Source: Tubulanus polymorphus
Taxonomy: Eukaryota; Animalia; Nemertea
Length of the DNA stretch: 64,000 nucleotides
Assembly (NCBI RefSeq): GCF_964204645.1
Contig: NC_134028.1
Coordinates: 5,146,001 to 5,210,000 of the forward strand
Direction of reading: 5' to 3'
The position numbers and the translations under genes are program-made. The notes beneath the pieces were generated by a model. It searched no databases, was not told where the DNA came from, and was given only the letters and a program-made list of their open reading frames with translations. The first letter of the stretch is position 1. Each line of letters begins with the position of its first letter. Shown here in pieces: positions 1 through 49,156 of this stretch.

Positions 1-85
1 GATCAGACTCGGGCCAAATTTGGCACCTGTGTGGACAGTTGTTCCGGGCCAAATTTGACCAAAAATGCTCGTGTGATCACGGCTT
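1..85. mobile_element. Right end of MITE family A
   Basis: CAGTTGTTCCGGGCCAAAT...GCTCGTGTGATCACGGCT aligns with the 3' end of 17114-17438. Confidence 0.7.
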
Positions 86-1841
86 AGGGCACTGACACAA
101 CTCGCCGTGTGCAAACAGGAGGTTCAGGGTAGAAGTACATGACAGGCGTTGAAAGTATTTTGAAACCAAATAAGACAGTTTTGAAACAACATTCTTAAGG
201 TTTTGAGAGCAAGGCCTTCAGACACGAAAACAGGCATAATGCGGATCTGTGGCTATATTAGAAGGGCCCGAAGGGCCATCAGAACGCATACTAAAGTGAA
301 TCATTGAAACATATATGTACAATCAGATTATAGTGCACAGAACAGATAGATTGCACCAGAGGATTCAAAAATGCATTGAGCACAGAAAGAGAGATCTGCA
401 TTATTGATAGAACTAACAGACATTAAGTAGTTTGCAGTGCTTCACTAGTCGAGTATTCAGAATATGATTATATTCCCATGATTTTTAACAGAGAAAATGG
501 TTCGGCTATCATTATTATTCTATTGTCAACATAATTACCGGGCATATTCATATATTCTCTTATGCACTTTATGTAGGTAATCATACCACAATCCTAATAG
601 AGAAGCTAGTTGTGAACTATCTACACTATAGGGTACGCACTAACAATAAGGTATCAAAACTCCTTATTCAAGCAACTAAAGAATGATAGAATCATATTGA
701 CGCCACTGCCTTTTTGATAACAACATTGAGGCATCACAAACTTCAAATTTCAATTCAGGAATGTAAATATCTTCTAAATATACTTGATTACTATTGAAGA
801 TCAGAAGTTCAAGACCTGGTCTCAAGAGTATATTTTTCTCATTAACCTACATATTTCAATCGCTTCTAATACTGTTACCCGTGGCCTGCATGGGCCAAGG
901 TTAACTTCAGTAGGGCCTGCGTGTGAAAAGGACATCTGTGGGTGGACCAAGTTTCTACGGGCACTATCACGAGCTACCACTAGGCGCAGACTACTGTACC
1001 AAATTCATGGCCAATGAATCGAAAAGTCAGAACTTGCGGGCTAAAAAAACACCCGTGGCTTTCACAGGTTTTTCACTAGTTATCATTGAATGAAAAAGAT
1101 TTTTACAGGGTCCATTCTAAATTTACAAACTCACGAGGCGTAGTATCCACGAATAACAGTTTGTCAGACATTCAGCTTTCTTAACCGCGAAAAGTTTTTT
1201 TCCGAGATTGACGTAACGATCTATTTCTTTCTATACCCGAGAGTCTCGCATCGTTTTTCTGAGAAGGTGCTGTAGTTCTTGTCGGCGCAATGAAATTGAC
1301 ACCTGACTGGAGAATGTTGGTGCAGTAAACATAAACCTATCATGTCTTTAACACCAAGTACTCGCTAGACAGTTAACTTCTGAAAGGTTTCCCGATTCGA
1401 CGTTTCTTCAAAATTAAAAATTGCTAAAACGAGAGAAATCTAAAGCTAAACTCGAATGAATGCTGCGCGATGAATGTTATGCATATGATTCAAATCATCT
1501 GAATGATACCCATATATAAGCGTAAATACTGAAATGCATAACCATTATACAATTCATTACTTTGTCAATGAAAAAAACTGCGGACCCATCAAACTACGTG
1601 GTATTACTGTCAAGAATATAAATGAGTTAATGAATAACATGTCTGTATACTATGGATAGGCAATTACTATACATTCCTTTACGAAACTTTTTATGTACCA
1701 ATAAAACAATGGAACATATGTTGCTGCGTTACGGTGAATCAATATGGCTGCCAGGCAGCTTGTCTGTAACTCTTTAAGAAGGGTTGAGGCCTGTTTTACA
1801 GAATAATATATCATTTCAGGTTATGTCTGTGAAAATGGGCC

Positions 1842-1970
1842 CAGGGGCTGGTTCCATAGTAGCGAAACTTAAGACCATTTTAATTCTATGCCCAATCTAA
1901 CATCTTAAGACCAATCTTATGATTTAAGACCATTTTTGGATTTAGGTCTTAACTATAGAACCGGCCTCAG
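1842..1970. mobile_element. Short MITE
   Basis: GGGGCTGGTTCCATAGT...ACTATAGAACCGGCCTC imperfect TIR; internal TTAAGACCA x3. Confidence 0.6.
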
Positions 1971-4900
1971 GTCTCTTAACTTGACATCCAGTACATTGTG
2001 CCTCACAAGAAATTCTGGCCACATTTCAAAACATGGGTTACTGGGTGCACCATTTATATGTGACCAGATTTGGCTACTATAGCAGGGTTTGCTATCATCA
2101 ATGATTCCAATCATATTCCAATCCAGGCGCTAGTTCTCCATAGATAGAAAATATTCCCACGACTGATCAAGCAAGCAGTATCATAACCCTGAGCATATTC
2201 ACACAATCTAATAAAACCCGCATCGGAATATAACAGAAATGTCAATTCGAACCTTTTACCATCACTTTGTACATCGTTTTCACATATTCAACTTCTAAGA
2301 CGTGAACTTTTAACACTAAATGTGCATTGATTGATTTGCCAACGTGTCACATATTCTAAGTATAGCATAAAAAAGTATATTCGCCGAATCAAATGGTGAC
2401 TTAATGGAAAATTGTGCGTAGCTCGTCTAAGCTGATAATGGCAACTTACGTGGAGGGAAAAACCATCACGGCGCTGAAAGGGTTAAATCTTTCGACAAAA
2501 ACTCGCATGGAAGTCCAATCTCAAGAATTTCTTCAACTCCTGGCAAAATTCCTTCAAGTACTTCCAGACTGTTGATCGGAAACGCAATACTAACATTTAT
2601 CAGACCCCGGTAAGAATCTGTTATGTAACACGAGTCAACGCGAATCCTGCAGATAATATCATCATAATCCGTGGGTAAGATTACTAACGCAGATTAGAAA
2701 CCAATAATCCCGTTTAAATCCAGCCAGTCTCTGATTCATACTGAAATAACGGCAGATGTTTTACTGATGAAGATTTCACCTGTAGCCGCCGTATAAATAC
2801 ACCTGACACTTAACGAATATCAGGAATATTTCTTCGATTTTTATCGTCGACACGTGTTTTGTAAAGTGTTCGAGCCCTCTAGTCGTAAACAACCGAGAAA
2901 CGAAGTCTTAATCGTTGAGTAACAACAATAACAAAGAAAGACTTAATCGTTAACGTAAGTAACCCGTATTCATAAACTTCTTGCGTAATGCCATTGGCAA
3001 CTCCAACGGAAACATGAAATGCAACTACAACGGTAAACCTCGCCTTACTTCGACACGGTTTACTCGAACTATTGACAAACTCGTACAAAAGAGAAATAAT
3101 TTTTTCGACATCTAAACACTTTTTCTCATGTTTGACTCTGACTTTGCTTGCCTGTGACCAACCAATCTTGCTGGCCTCAGTTAACAACAAGTTTTACTTT
3201 TTCTCGAAACCAGGCCCCCTTGAACTAGTGAAATATTTCGAATCATTGAAAAATATCTAATGAAAAATTGCCACTCACAAGTGGAGCTGAGGAGTCCCAT
3301 TGATGTTTCAACCAGTCCAATGAGACATCGAAATAGCCATCAAGTGCCTAGTCGAAGTACTTTCTAGAAAGCTATGCTCAGAACTACCGTGAAATAAATT
3401 GGTTAAAACCGACTGCATCCGTACCGGTCATTTAACATAATTGTTTTCACCCCTCAACGCACTTGTCAGTAACTACTAGATTGCGCTTTCCACTTCATTA
3501 AAAAACAGCACTTGGAAATACTCGGAAAAATGCCAATTAAAAATATGAAGTATCATTAATTGAAGGAAATCCCCTTAATAATTCATTGCACCTGGCAAAT
3601 AAATCGAGGCAGGTAAAACACAGTCAAATTAGCTGTCTATACGCCGCGTACACTGAGTCATTCAATATTCACAATGAATTTAATCGTTGATATTGTTTGA
3701 ACAACAGATTCTTTCCATAAATCTTGTTGTTACCCATGTCATGTTCAAGTCGTTTAATGTCGGGCAAAGATTTTTATACCTGCCCAATAATATCCTGGAG
3801 AGATTATCATGAATTGTTATCAGCGGAACCAGAAACAGCCAGTTCTCGGTAATGATCTGAACCATTTATGACTTTTTCATGGCATTCTTAAAAGAACTGT
3901 TCATTTTCCAGGTTTTTGCCAGGCTCATTTCCCATGACTTTTCTATGTCTCCCATGACTAGTTCAACCCGGATCCGTCATTTCTTTTTTCGTAAAGTGCT
4001 CTTTCAGAAACAGTGAAAAACGTTTTCAAGCATAGGCCCTTTTTTCACCGGGGTATGGAAAGAAATGCAGGAAAGGGTACAGTACTCGACGGAAATACTC
4101 ATATTAATCAGTAACTATTGGAGTAATCATTGAATCCAATAATTACTCAAGGTGTATCCATAGAGCAAAAATCAAAATAATTATTTCTTATGGGAAGTCT
4201 GAACGAGATGGGAAGGGGTTTTTTTACTCAAAATACTGATTAGGCGCCAGTTTGAGGAACAGTAAAGGATAACGTTGAAGAAGCAACTGATGAATCTGCT
4301 AACTGAAAATAACAGAAACATTCATATAAACATGAATATCATTCATGCAACATATGTTAGCTAACGAAACAACAGAAAACAAGCAGGGGTCCAAACAGGG
4401 GTCAGAAGTACACAAGCACTCAGACAGTTGTTGGAAACAGTTCTCTTCTAAAAATTTAATTTTCTGAACAGGTTTGTTCACGAGAAATTCGATCACAAAA
4501 ATATTTAGGATCCTACAAGGGTGGAATAATGAAGTAAACCAGTTCACTGGTGTATTTCATTTAGTCGGTCAAGTTTTTTTCTGAGGAAATGTAGTTCCCT
4601 GTGGCAGCACCGGTTTCTTTATACACATTCCAAATCTGAGCGTTGAAATGATCATTTCATAATTTCTAATACGCGTGCATACCGTTCAGAATGGGGACTG
4701 GTTGTTTTATAGACTACTAACCTAAGGGGGTTATTCAACTGTAAGTCAATCGAATTAATCCTGGCGTCTTTAAAACCGACCTCAAGTGAACAATTTTCTA
4801 CACCGCCTCGATCTATTGCGCATTGGTTAAACCAAGAATTCTAAGAAAAGACGTTATCACTGGTGTTTTAATCAGAGGGTGGTGGTTTTTAAAAACTACA

Positions 4901-6742
4901 GTAGCAAACAAAATCTTTATCTCGAAGAAAACACACTGCCCTAAAAACCCACCCGTACTTCTTGTTATTTGTTTTCAATTTAAAAAGACGATTATTCATA
5001 AGTGATTTTATTTGTGGTCTCCTTAGATGTTACAAATAGATACGAATATATAGTATTGAAAATGGCTACCACCAAAAATCAGAAGAATCGAACGAACGAT
5101 AAAAAACCTATAAAAACGACTTACATGATTAAACGAGGACGTAATTAACCGGATTAAGATTGATTAATCGCGATTTGGTGTAAATCCCGCGAATCAGCGA
5201 GTACAGTCCAGATACAACAGTAGTAAACTACTGTTATTGCTATCTGGTTTCTAGAGAACAAGTCAGACGTATATTTTATTGTCTGTTCAAAATCATGAAA
5301 ACAACCGACGCACGTACCGGTGGTATATATGTACTACTTGCTTACTATACGAGTTTAAAAAAAAACACACTCATTCAGCCCGAGATTGGTATCAAAAATC
5401 ATTTTATCAACACCAGGGCGACAATAGAACAAATAATAAAGGCGGAAGGTATTGAATAATTTCGAAGAATTTAAAAATCATCCCCCTTTCAATCGACGAA
5501 CATTGTCGAGATCTATTGAGTCATAATGCACGCCTCCTAAAAGGGAGTTTTTAAAACATTTCGAACTGACGTGAATAGAATTCGATATTATCACATAGGG
5601 AATAACTATCAACTTGTTTTTCGAGAATGAAATTGAATAGAAATTGAAGTCGTAAGCGTCAGTCGAATCCTAGATTAATTACTGAAACTGAAAATCAACA
5701 AATAAAGTTTTCTAATAATGTTACTGATGTTCAATGGATCAATGAATTTCATTAGATTGGCAGACAGATTTTTTCGTGCGTTTATGGTGGTTTTCATCAA
5801 TCTGTCTAGCGTAGTAGCGTTTTTAACGCACTATTTTAAGTTTCTGACTGATTCGATGCGTAGTTTAGATAATTGATTAAGATCTGAATGAATCGAAGGA
5901 TTATCAACACATACAGCATTCCTCACACATTCTCAGCGGCAATGAGGAAACTTGAATTCATAACACACGCCAGTCAAGCATGAAACCGTCGATCGTTAAA
6001 AAGCCACTGGAAACTACTAACTCCTATCAAGTAGGCCTACATGTATTTCCTTTTGGTTTTAAACGGGGACGTAAATATTTCCGTTTGGTTTCAAACGGGG
6101 ACAAAAAACTGCTTTTGAACATTTTACGTATACAAGAAATTTCGTCGAGCTGAAATGTGAAAAATTATGAAAAGAAGATGAAGTACCCACTAGAAAATCA
6201 TGTAACCATTCAATAAAAACAGCGCTTAATATACTTACAAAAATTACTTTTCATGCAATGAATATTCATGATATTTAAGCCAATAAATTATCCGACTCGT
6301 TTAATGAAACAACAGGCGTACCAGTTCATCATCAGTATCAGTACGGTGAGCTGCAGCTGCAGTGTTCAATATCCGACTGCAGCTACACCTATCAGGCAAC
6401 CCCGACACTAACCGGTAAACACTTCAACCAGAACCAAATTTCATTTCATACCATAACCATATAATCGATATTGCAGGCATTGTTTGAAGATGTGGGTGCA
6501 ATTGTTATAGGAGTAATTAGGCTGAAAAAGTAAATCCACAGCCAGGGATTTCAATGAACTCCATTTTGACAATAAGTGCATTTCATGCTTCTTATATGGA
6601 AAATGATTTTTTTTTGCAAATAGAAGATTTCGATGTATTTGTATATTTCTGGGTTTGAGATTCATATTCATCGTAAACGTTTATAGACAAGGTCCAATAT
6701 CTTTCAAACAAATCCAGCTTAACAATTAAAACCACTACCAAC

Positions 6743-41770
<35,028 letters not shown>

Positions 41771-43066
41771 CGCTGACAGCGTTAATTAAAGTTACCAAAA
41801 CACTGGTTGAAATTGAATTGAATAAACAAGTTTCCTAGCCTGGAATTGGAACAGTTTTAAAATAAATTACGGCTTCCTTTTAGTTTTCCGAGATTCGATC
41901 ATGTTGTCAAATCATTCGCGACGAACGCTAGTATTCCTTTTCTGCTCGATGTTAAAGTTTGAAACTTGTAATCCACCTCTGCCTCCTCGGAGAGCGCTGG
42001 TAAACGAAATAAGTTTAAGCGTAATCTAGTAACTACGACCAACCAACCAGGAAGTATTGCGCGTCGGGGAATCCCGAACAAAGGTCACGCCATACGTCAT
42101 CTGGTGATTTCTTGATTCTAATTTTCGCAGAATAACAATGTCTATTAAGAAGTTAAGAAATATGTTAGTTTCAAAGAATCTACATCCAATGAAACTTCTT
42201 TTATTCGTCAGTTTAATGTGTTTTTTTAATAATAAAATCAATTTCTATTCTAATTGCAGGGTATAACTCCCGTAATATTAACAAACTAACGAAAATAAGA
42301 CACATCACGCGAGAGGATACCGTAATGTTTACTCGGTAGTTATTTTTGTGTAATAGCTACTACAGTTTTTCCTTATTTGAGTCATCTAATTTAAATTTTG
42401 AAACCTGCAACTATTTTTTTCTATCAGAATAAGATCTTGTGTGAAGTTTTAAAGAAAAACTACATTCTTTTAATGTTTCCAGCTAATGTATATCTAGAAT
42501 TCAACAAAAATAAGATACTTGAGGGGGAGAGGGCGCTACGTTATAGGGTACAAGATAAATTGCATTTTCAAAGCTGAAAGCGCATTATTGAAAGGAAAAT
42601 TAGAAGTGTCTAGCGAATCAATTCCCAAAATCCATGACATTTTCTAGATCCATATCATTATTATTCGAACAGTTGTTTTTCTTCTATTATACAACTCTGA
42701 TCTATCGACAATTCGCCTACACAGGGACAGGGTGCAGGTTTTCGTTCCAACCAATATGGCAGCGCCCAGCGAAACGATTATTGTGAAGAACAGCCCCTAA
42801 AAAACCAATTCAATAGTTGTCATTGACCGGAGGTTTGTTTCACGATCGGCTGAATAAAACCTTTTTTATAGATAGGAGAAGCTCAACAACGAGACAATTA
42901 GCTGGTAAATTGTCTCTATATGGTCTTTGTTGAATGTTGAGAAATCTAAAACTGCATTTGAGTTGCCACACTGACTCATCATTGTCTTGTCACTTGGACC
43001 CTTATAGGCCTATATGTTATCATGACATAAGTCAAGATCAATGAAATGCCTTTTGTTGTTTTACAG
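41771..43066. promoter_or_regulatory. Divergent promoter/5'UTR region Caskin/CANT1
   Basis: Head-to-head ATGs 1.3 kb apart. The CANT1 ATG sits directly after an acceptor (TTTTACAG|ATG), implying an upstream exon. YY1-like CAATATGGCAGC at 42752. Confidence 0.6.
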
Positions 43067-45365
43067 ATGATGAACCACAATAATCCAGTTGGGACGCACA
43101 GTTGGATGAACACTATTAAAGCGCCACTTCCCTGGCAAATAAACACAACTTCTATACGGGTCAAGAAAAGAGCATTTATTTTACTCGTCGGTGCTGCAGT
43201 CGTATTGATTCTAATTTGGTTCTTAAACAGCCCGAAAGTCGAAAACGAAAAACGTTGTTTCGATGAAAACATACCACCTTACAACAACCACTACCCGCTG
43301 AGCCAGCGAGTCAAAACTGAAAACGGTTTCCTATATAAAATAGCGATAATCTCCGATTTGGACCAAGAGTCTCGTAATAAGACGCTCTCGAATACGTGGT
43401 TTAGTTATATCAAATACGGGCGGTTGTTCGTTCACGAACGATTGACCGACGTTTCGATCAAGTGGGATGAAAAAATCGATTCTATAGTGTCGCACGTCGG
43501 CAGTAAAGGCCGCGGAATGGAACTATCGGAGTTGATCGTGTTCAACGGTCGAGTTTATACGTGCGACGACCGAACGGGAATCGTGTACGAGATTCATAAG
43601 AAACACGTCGTACCGTGGGTTATACTCTCAGACGGAAACGGTCTCAATGAAAAAGGTAAGAAGAATCCAAGATAGAAATATCTTAATAAGAAAGGCAGTT
43701 GTCACATTCCTAGGGCGTTCACTAGGACTCTAGAACTAAGAATCTTAGTCCTGGTCTTATCATTTCTTGTCAAGATTCAAAATTATTTTTCATAGAGTCT
43801 ATTGTAACTCCTTGAGTACAGGACTGCTGTTATCCATGAATTCCTGAAGTTTTGGATATTTTTAGGTAGCTGAAAAAGCATTAATTATGTCACCAAAGTC
43901 AGCAATAATCTAGTTGTGCTGCTACACAATCAGACGCGGCCTACATACTGATTAAATTTTTTGATATAACAGATGCGAGGGATTGATTGCTTCATGAATT
44001 TGGAATAGGACTATAGGGACTCGAAAATGAATTTATCTCTACCCGGCATCGAATTTTAAAATAGTTCATCGTGTATTTGTTTCAGGATTTAAATGTGAGT
44101 GGATGGCAGTTAAAGATGAATCTATGTTTGTCGGCGGTCTCGGTAAAGAGTGGACGACGAGCGACGGTGAGCTGGTAAACCTCGATCCGCAGTGGGTAAA
44201 ACGTATCGAATATACTGGCGCCGTCACGCATATTGATTGGCATCATAATTACAACGCTATGAGAAGAGCTGCGGGATTCAGTTATCCAGGTATTCTAAAT
44301 ATTCCGACTGATAGCAAAACAAGACATATTACAACTCCTGGATCGATATATCCAAATTTCATGATTGAATATAATACGATGCATTGTATCTATGATATCG
44401 ATGGATTGGAGTTGATGCAGTAAATTCCTTTTGTCCATGAAACAAACAAGTCTTTTATGAATCTTTGATGAAACAAATCAATCCTGGTTGTTTTGATAAT
44501 GAGCAAAATATTGTATCATTCCATCTGATGATGGCTTGTAGTATGTAGCCAAATATTGTGGTCTCTAAATTAGATTTTTAAGATGTGGCTTCAATGGCAT
44601 ATACCGTATAGTTATACCTCCAGATGGCATGACGAGCACCCAGTCTTGCGTTGTCAAAATCAGTTCATTATCAATCAACTTAGAACTGAATTTTTTTGGC
44701 TTCCGATTCAATACATTATCAAAGCACCCATCAAATATACATTGAATTGATTTTTCTACTCAGTGATTGTTATAGTTTTCATTAATGATTGATTCGTTCA
44801 AGAGAAAAGTTCATTTGATTTTCACTTGAAATGTATAAGAAGACTGAGTAACTATTAGTGAACCTAACAAATCCTTGGAATCCATTGGCATTTCCCTATA
44901 ATTGCCTTTAGAGTTTCCCTATAATTGCCTTTAGAGGTTCCATATCACAATTTGTACTCTCTACAACTGATACATTGTTCAATTATTTCAGGTTATATCA
45001 TACACGAATCAGGAGTGTGGAGCGACATTCATAAGCGCTGGTTTTTCCTGCCGAGGCGAGCGAGCAAACAGCGTTACTCGGAATCGGTCGACGAGTTCCG
45101 CGCGACGAACATCCTCATCACGTGCGACGAACAGTTCAATAATATAGACGTGCGTCACATCGGTCCGTTCAGTCCCGTACGCGGGTACTCGTCGTTTAAA
45201 TTCATTCCCGACACTAACGATCAGTTGATTGTAGCTATCAAATCGGAGGAAGAACGCGGAAAAATCGGCTCGTACATCGTCGCGTTCGACCTGAAGGGAA
45301 ACGTATTATTGACCGAAATGAAAATCGAAGGAAATTTCAAATTCGAAGGGATCGAGTTTTTATGA
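43067..45365 (+). CDS. CANT1: Calcium-activated nucleotidase 1 (apyrase family, type II membrane protein), ~388 aa
   Basis: Exons 43067-43655, 44086-44289 and 44992-45365 with GT-AG and phase 1/1. N-terminal TM segment ([18 protein letters not shown]); motifs [62 protein letters not shown]. Confidence 0.95.
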
Positions 45366-46272
45366 TATCACGTCCCGTAGCTTGGAAATGTTCCCTGAAT
45401 TATTTTTAGTGCTAAATTATTTCACTCAATTTTACAAAATTTTGACTGCCTTAATTTATTATTTTCAATGCCAGCCTGAATTGTTACTTCTGCTAGCTAG
45501 CTTTCAAAGTAGTCTAGTTTCTTCGTAGTTGCCTGCTATTCTGTTACGAACAATGATATCTGGCTTTGCTTAGCGTACAGTTATTGGTTTTTTAAATGAT
45601 GGAATATGAAATTTTTAGTTCAGTCACTTAAAACATTCCTCTAAACAGTTGTTTTAGAGTCCATGAAATGCTCTTTTAAAGTCTATCTTAGTGTCCGTGC
45701 GCTTTAACACCCATCACCAGTTGCAATTTGTAGGTGTTGTCTATTTCTTCATTCGATTTATCAAGTAAAGATGTAAAAGAAATGCAGCATTGTAATGTGT
45801 GGCATTTTTACGAAGATTTGATATTGTGCAATAATCCCACTACAGTGCGGGGCCTATCTCTGCAGTGGGGTTACAAAAAATGGCCAGTTCATTATTCAAT
45901 ATTATCTAGACCCCATGACATAATTTGCTGGAAACATTCATATGAATCAATTTTTGTAACAACAAAAACAGCATAAAAACAGTTCATTTAATCCCAGAAA
46001 AATCAACAGTTATGTACATCAGTTTTTACTTCTGGGAAATCATTCATCTGTATCATCAGCCAAAGACTGTTTTGTATTGCTTGTAGCTTATCAATGCAAA
46101 AGGTGTTGTTAACTTAATGTGACCAATTGCTGTTAAATGAAGCGAGGAAATAATGTTGTAATTATCTATGTTAAAGCGGAAGATCAATGCTGGATGGTGC
46201 TTTCTTCCAAATGATGTGATAATAACATTCATTGATCGAAGTACAAAATCATGTATGATATTTTGTCAAAAA

Positions 46273-46278
46273 AATAAA
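46273..46278 (+). terminator. Probable CANT1 polyadenylation signal
   Basis: AATAAA ~0.9 kb after the stop codon, followed by T/GT-rich sequence. Confidence 0.45.
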
Positions 46279-46597
46279 TGATATTTTGTGTTAAATCATA
46301 TGGTTGGCTTATTTTTCGAATGAAAAAGACTGAATTTTCAGAGGAACTTTTTAATCTCGATTCGTGGATTTATGTTCAATCTATCTTGCCTAAGAGTTTA
46401 AGTCAGTTCCAACTCTTAGGGTCAAAACTTTACGACTAGGTGAATTCTGAACCTGTTCCACAGCCAAGAGGAGATATACCGATTCAGTAAACTGAAAAAC
46501 TGACAAGGCATGAGGAATGAAATGGACCTGTGATGGACTCTGCTGAAGACTTTTCAACAGCAAACCAATCCAATTGCACAGAAATTGACAACTGTAA

Positions 46598-46800
46598 GCA
46601 GCGTCAGTAGCTCAATGGAATTAGGCGTCAGTACCGAGTAACTAACGGGTTCGAATCCTGCTGGCTGCTAACAAAATGCAGGCAATACCTCAAAGGCTGT
46701 CCTGTCATGAGGTTGAATGAACAATCCAATAGGCTAAGTCTCGGGAAACCAGAATCTGAATGATGTAAAAGCTAAATAGATATACAGGATATACAATTAC
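46598..46800 (+). mobile_element. tRNA-derived SINE / tRNA pseudogene
   Basis: A-box TAGCTCAATGG 46608-46618 and B-box GGTTCGAATCC 46648-46658; partial acceptor-stem pairing but no intact anticodon arm. The 3' boundary is approximate. Confidence 0.55.
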
Positions 46801-47269
46801 TTTATCAATAAAATAAAATTTTATTCAGTATCCGATTAATTTTCACTAACAGACTCACAAAAATAACTGATTGCAGTTACTACTCAATTAAACATCAGCA
46901 CAATATTGGTCGCGATACAAATATTCAATACGAACCGTTACTTTCACACGAACGCAAGAGTTAATCCACGCTAATATCACATATTCAATGACTAATTATT
47001 TTACATTAAAAACTAACAAATATTTTGACAAAAGTCTCAATTTTCCGAGCCTTATCAATTACTGCACATAAAAACTAATTCACCATCAATGGCACTGCTT
47101 TATATAAAAGAATCTTCATCTAACAAACGAGTAGGTGATAAAAGTACTGATTAACAAAACAATTTAATAATTATCTAAATATAGAATTCGGTAGTTGTGA
47201 CCATTCTCCTTTGTTTAACTATGTGCGTCCATGGTTTTACTGAGATGCTGTAATACATCTCCCCGCTAA

Positions 47270-47692
47270 AGCCTTACTCAGGTTGCATTAGATCAGACCC
47301 GATTGTCATATCGTAATGAATCGGCCCCACTAGTCGCTGCTTTTTCAAGTGGGGAATTTTTGCGACAGGAGTGTACTTAAGATCATTAAAACTGATCACA
47401 GACCAGTTATAAGCCGATCGGACATGTTATATTCCTTACGATGATCGGATCTTATGTGACTTGGTTGTACTTCTTACAATTGACCATCAGGATGTAGCCA
47501 ATGAACGGCAATGTACACATCACATGACTTCGGTTCAACATGATCGTGGATCTCAGGTGACCTATGTGTAGCTAAGGCTTGACAAACGAGTCTAGGCTGC
47601 ATCGGCAACTTGACCTCACAATGTGACATGAGTGTTCTTAAAACCGAATCACAGACGATCGGATCTGATCCTTATGCGACCCGAGTTAGACT
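47270..47692. mobile_element. MITE, PIF/Harbinger-like with long imperfect TIRs
   Basis: AGCCTTACTCAGGTTGCATTAGATCAGACCCGAT...ATCGGATCTGATCCTTATGCGACCCGAGTTAGACT, flanked by TAA on both sides. Confidence 0.75.
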
Positions 47693-48470
47693 TAACAGTG
47701 CATTTTGACAGCAATGCAACTTTGATTGCAATAACAACAGTTGTCTAAATCAGTTCTTAGACCAGCCTTAGCTTATTTTGGTTCCAAAACCAATTTAATG
47801 TTATTCAAATACAGTAGACCTCTAATATCAAAAGTGGTAGTGTTGGAAAACTGCTCAAGTCAAGGCTCTTTCAAACATTCTTTGGAATGATTCCAAATAT
47901 CCTGTACCAAAGTAAGGTGCCGTCTGGTGCACGAAAGAAAAGGCTCAGATTAACCAAAGGCATCTAAACCAGCAGTAACAACTTTCATATTTCTGTATAT
48001 ATATATATTCCCCACCGATAGAGTAGCAATCGGAATGGTTACTCATGGTTACTGAATTATACTATCACATATTTCAAGCGGGCACTTCAAAAAGATCAGT
48101 CTAGAATAATCAAGATAATGTTACGACGGTTACCAATGACCGTAAGTATCAGGTCATTAATCCTGGTCAGTCGGTCATTTCTTTCATGTAGATATGTACG
48201 CAAGACCGACACAAATAATCAGATATCTCAAGGTAACTAAAGGGAATATCTAAGTGCCTTAATCAGACTTATCATTAACATATCATAAATTCCATGTTTC
48301 GGGGGGATAAGTATACAGTAGCTACTGTATATCTGTACATAAAAGGACATAAATGTTCAAAGATTATCTGGAGTCAACTTTGAATTTGTTCAAGGACTTT
48401 CTGGGAAGACTTGTCTTAATTGTACTACATGTACTTGTAATATTTTACAACCATTCATTATTCAATCGTG

Positions 48471-48471
48471 T

Positions 48472-48530
<59 letters not shown>

Positions 48531-48545
48531 TATATATATATATAT
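48471..48545. repeat. (TATACA)n/(TA)n microsatellite
   Basis: Direct reading. Confidence 0.95.
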
Positions 48546-49156
48546 TCACGTACTAAACAGAAAACTCATCACAACATAAAAACCAATACATTTATGAATC
48601 GATTTTCAAACAAAATATTTTGAGATACAGCGTCCAGAATACATTATAACAAAACTAAAAAATCCAAGTACATTTTTTCCAATGCAAAAACTAGATTCCC
48701 ATTTAAAATCTCAAATACTGGTCCCTAAAACTATACTTATCAAACAAATCTTAGCTTAAACGTGTGTAAAAATTCACAAATCACAAATTGCGGTGCATAC
48801 ACATTCGATATTAAGATTGAAATTCTGAAGGCAACTGATCTATGGGGACAGTACACTTATATTCATTATTGTCGTTTAGAAAATAAAATACATTCCCGGA
48901 ATGTACGAGAAAGAGGTTTCGACTCTATATCAAAAACAACTGAGTGGATGAATTTCTAAAATGTACCAGGTAACTATTGCTGCCGTTTAAACATGTGACT
49001 AGTGGGAGCCCGAACTCCAGCGATCAATCACGCTGTACATGCATAGACAACGGTTTTTGGTAAAATTCTGGCAGTGACGACCGAGTTACGATGCAGCAGT
49101 TGTAGCTCAACGAAAACTAAATGTTTACAGTTAAATTTCCTAACATAAAACCTTCA

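Noticed and set aside
1747-1765. Caskin exon 4 candidate (AAWQ codons)
   Set aside because: Context reads YRQAAWQPY-stop with no splice sites; exon 4 appears to lie outside the window.
43046-43066. Upstream ATG extending CANT1 (MPFVVLQ)
   Set aside because: The sequence is a pyrimidine tract plus CAG acceptor, so it is most likely intronic.
46598-46669. Functional tRNA gene
   Set aside because: A and B boxes are present, but the acceptor stem is out of register and there is no proper anticodon arm.
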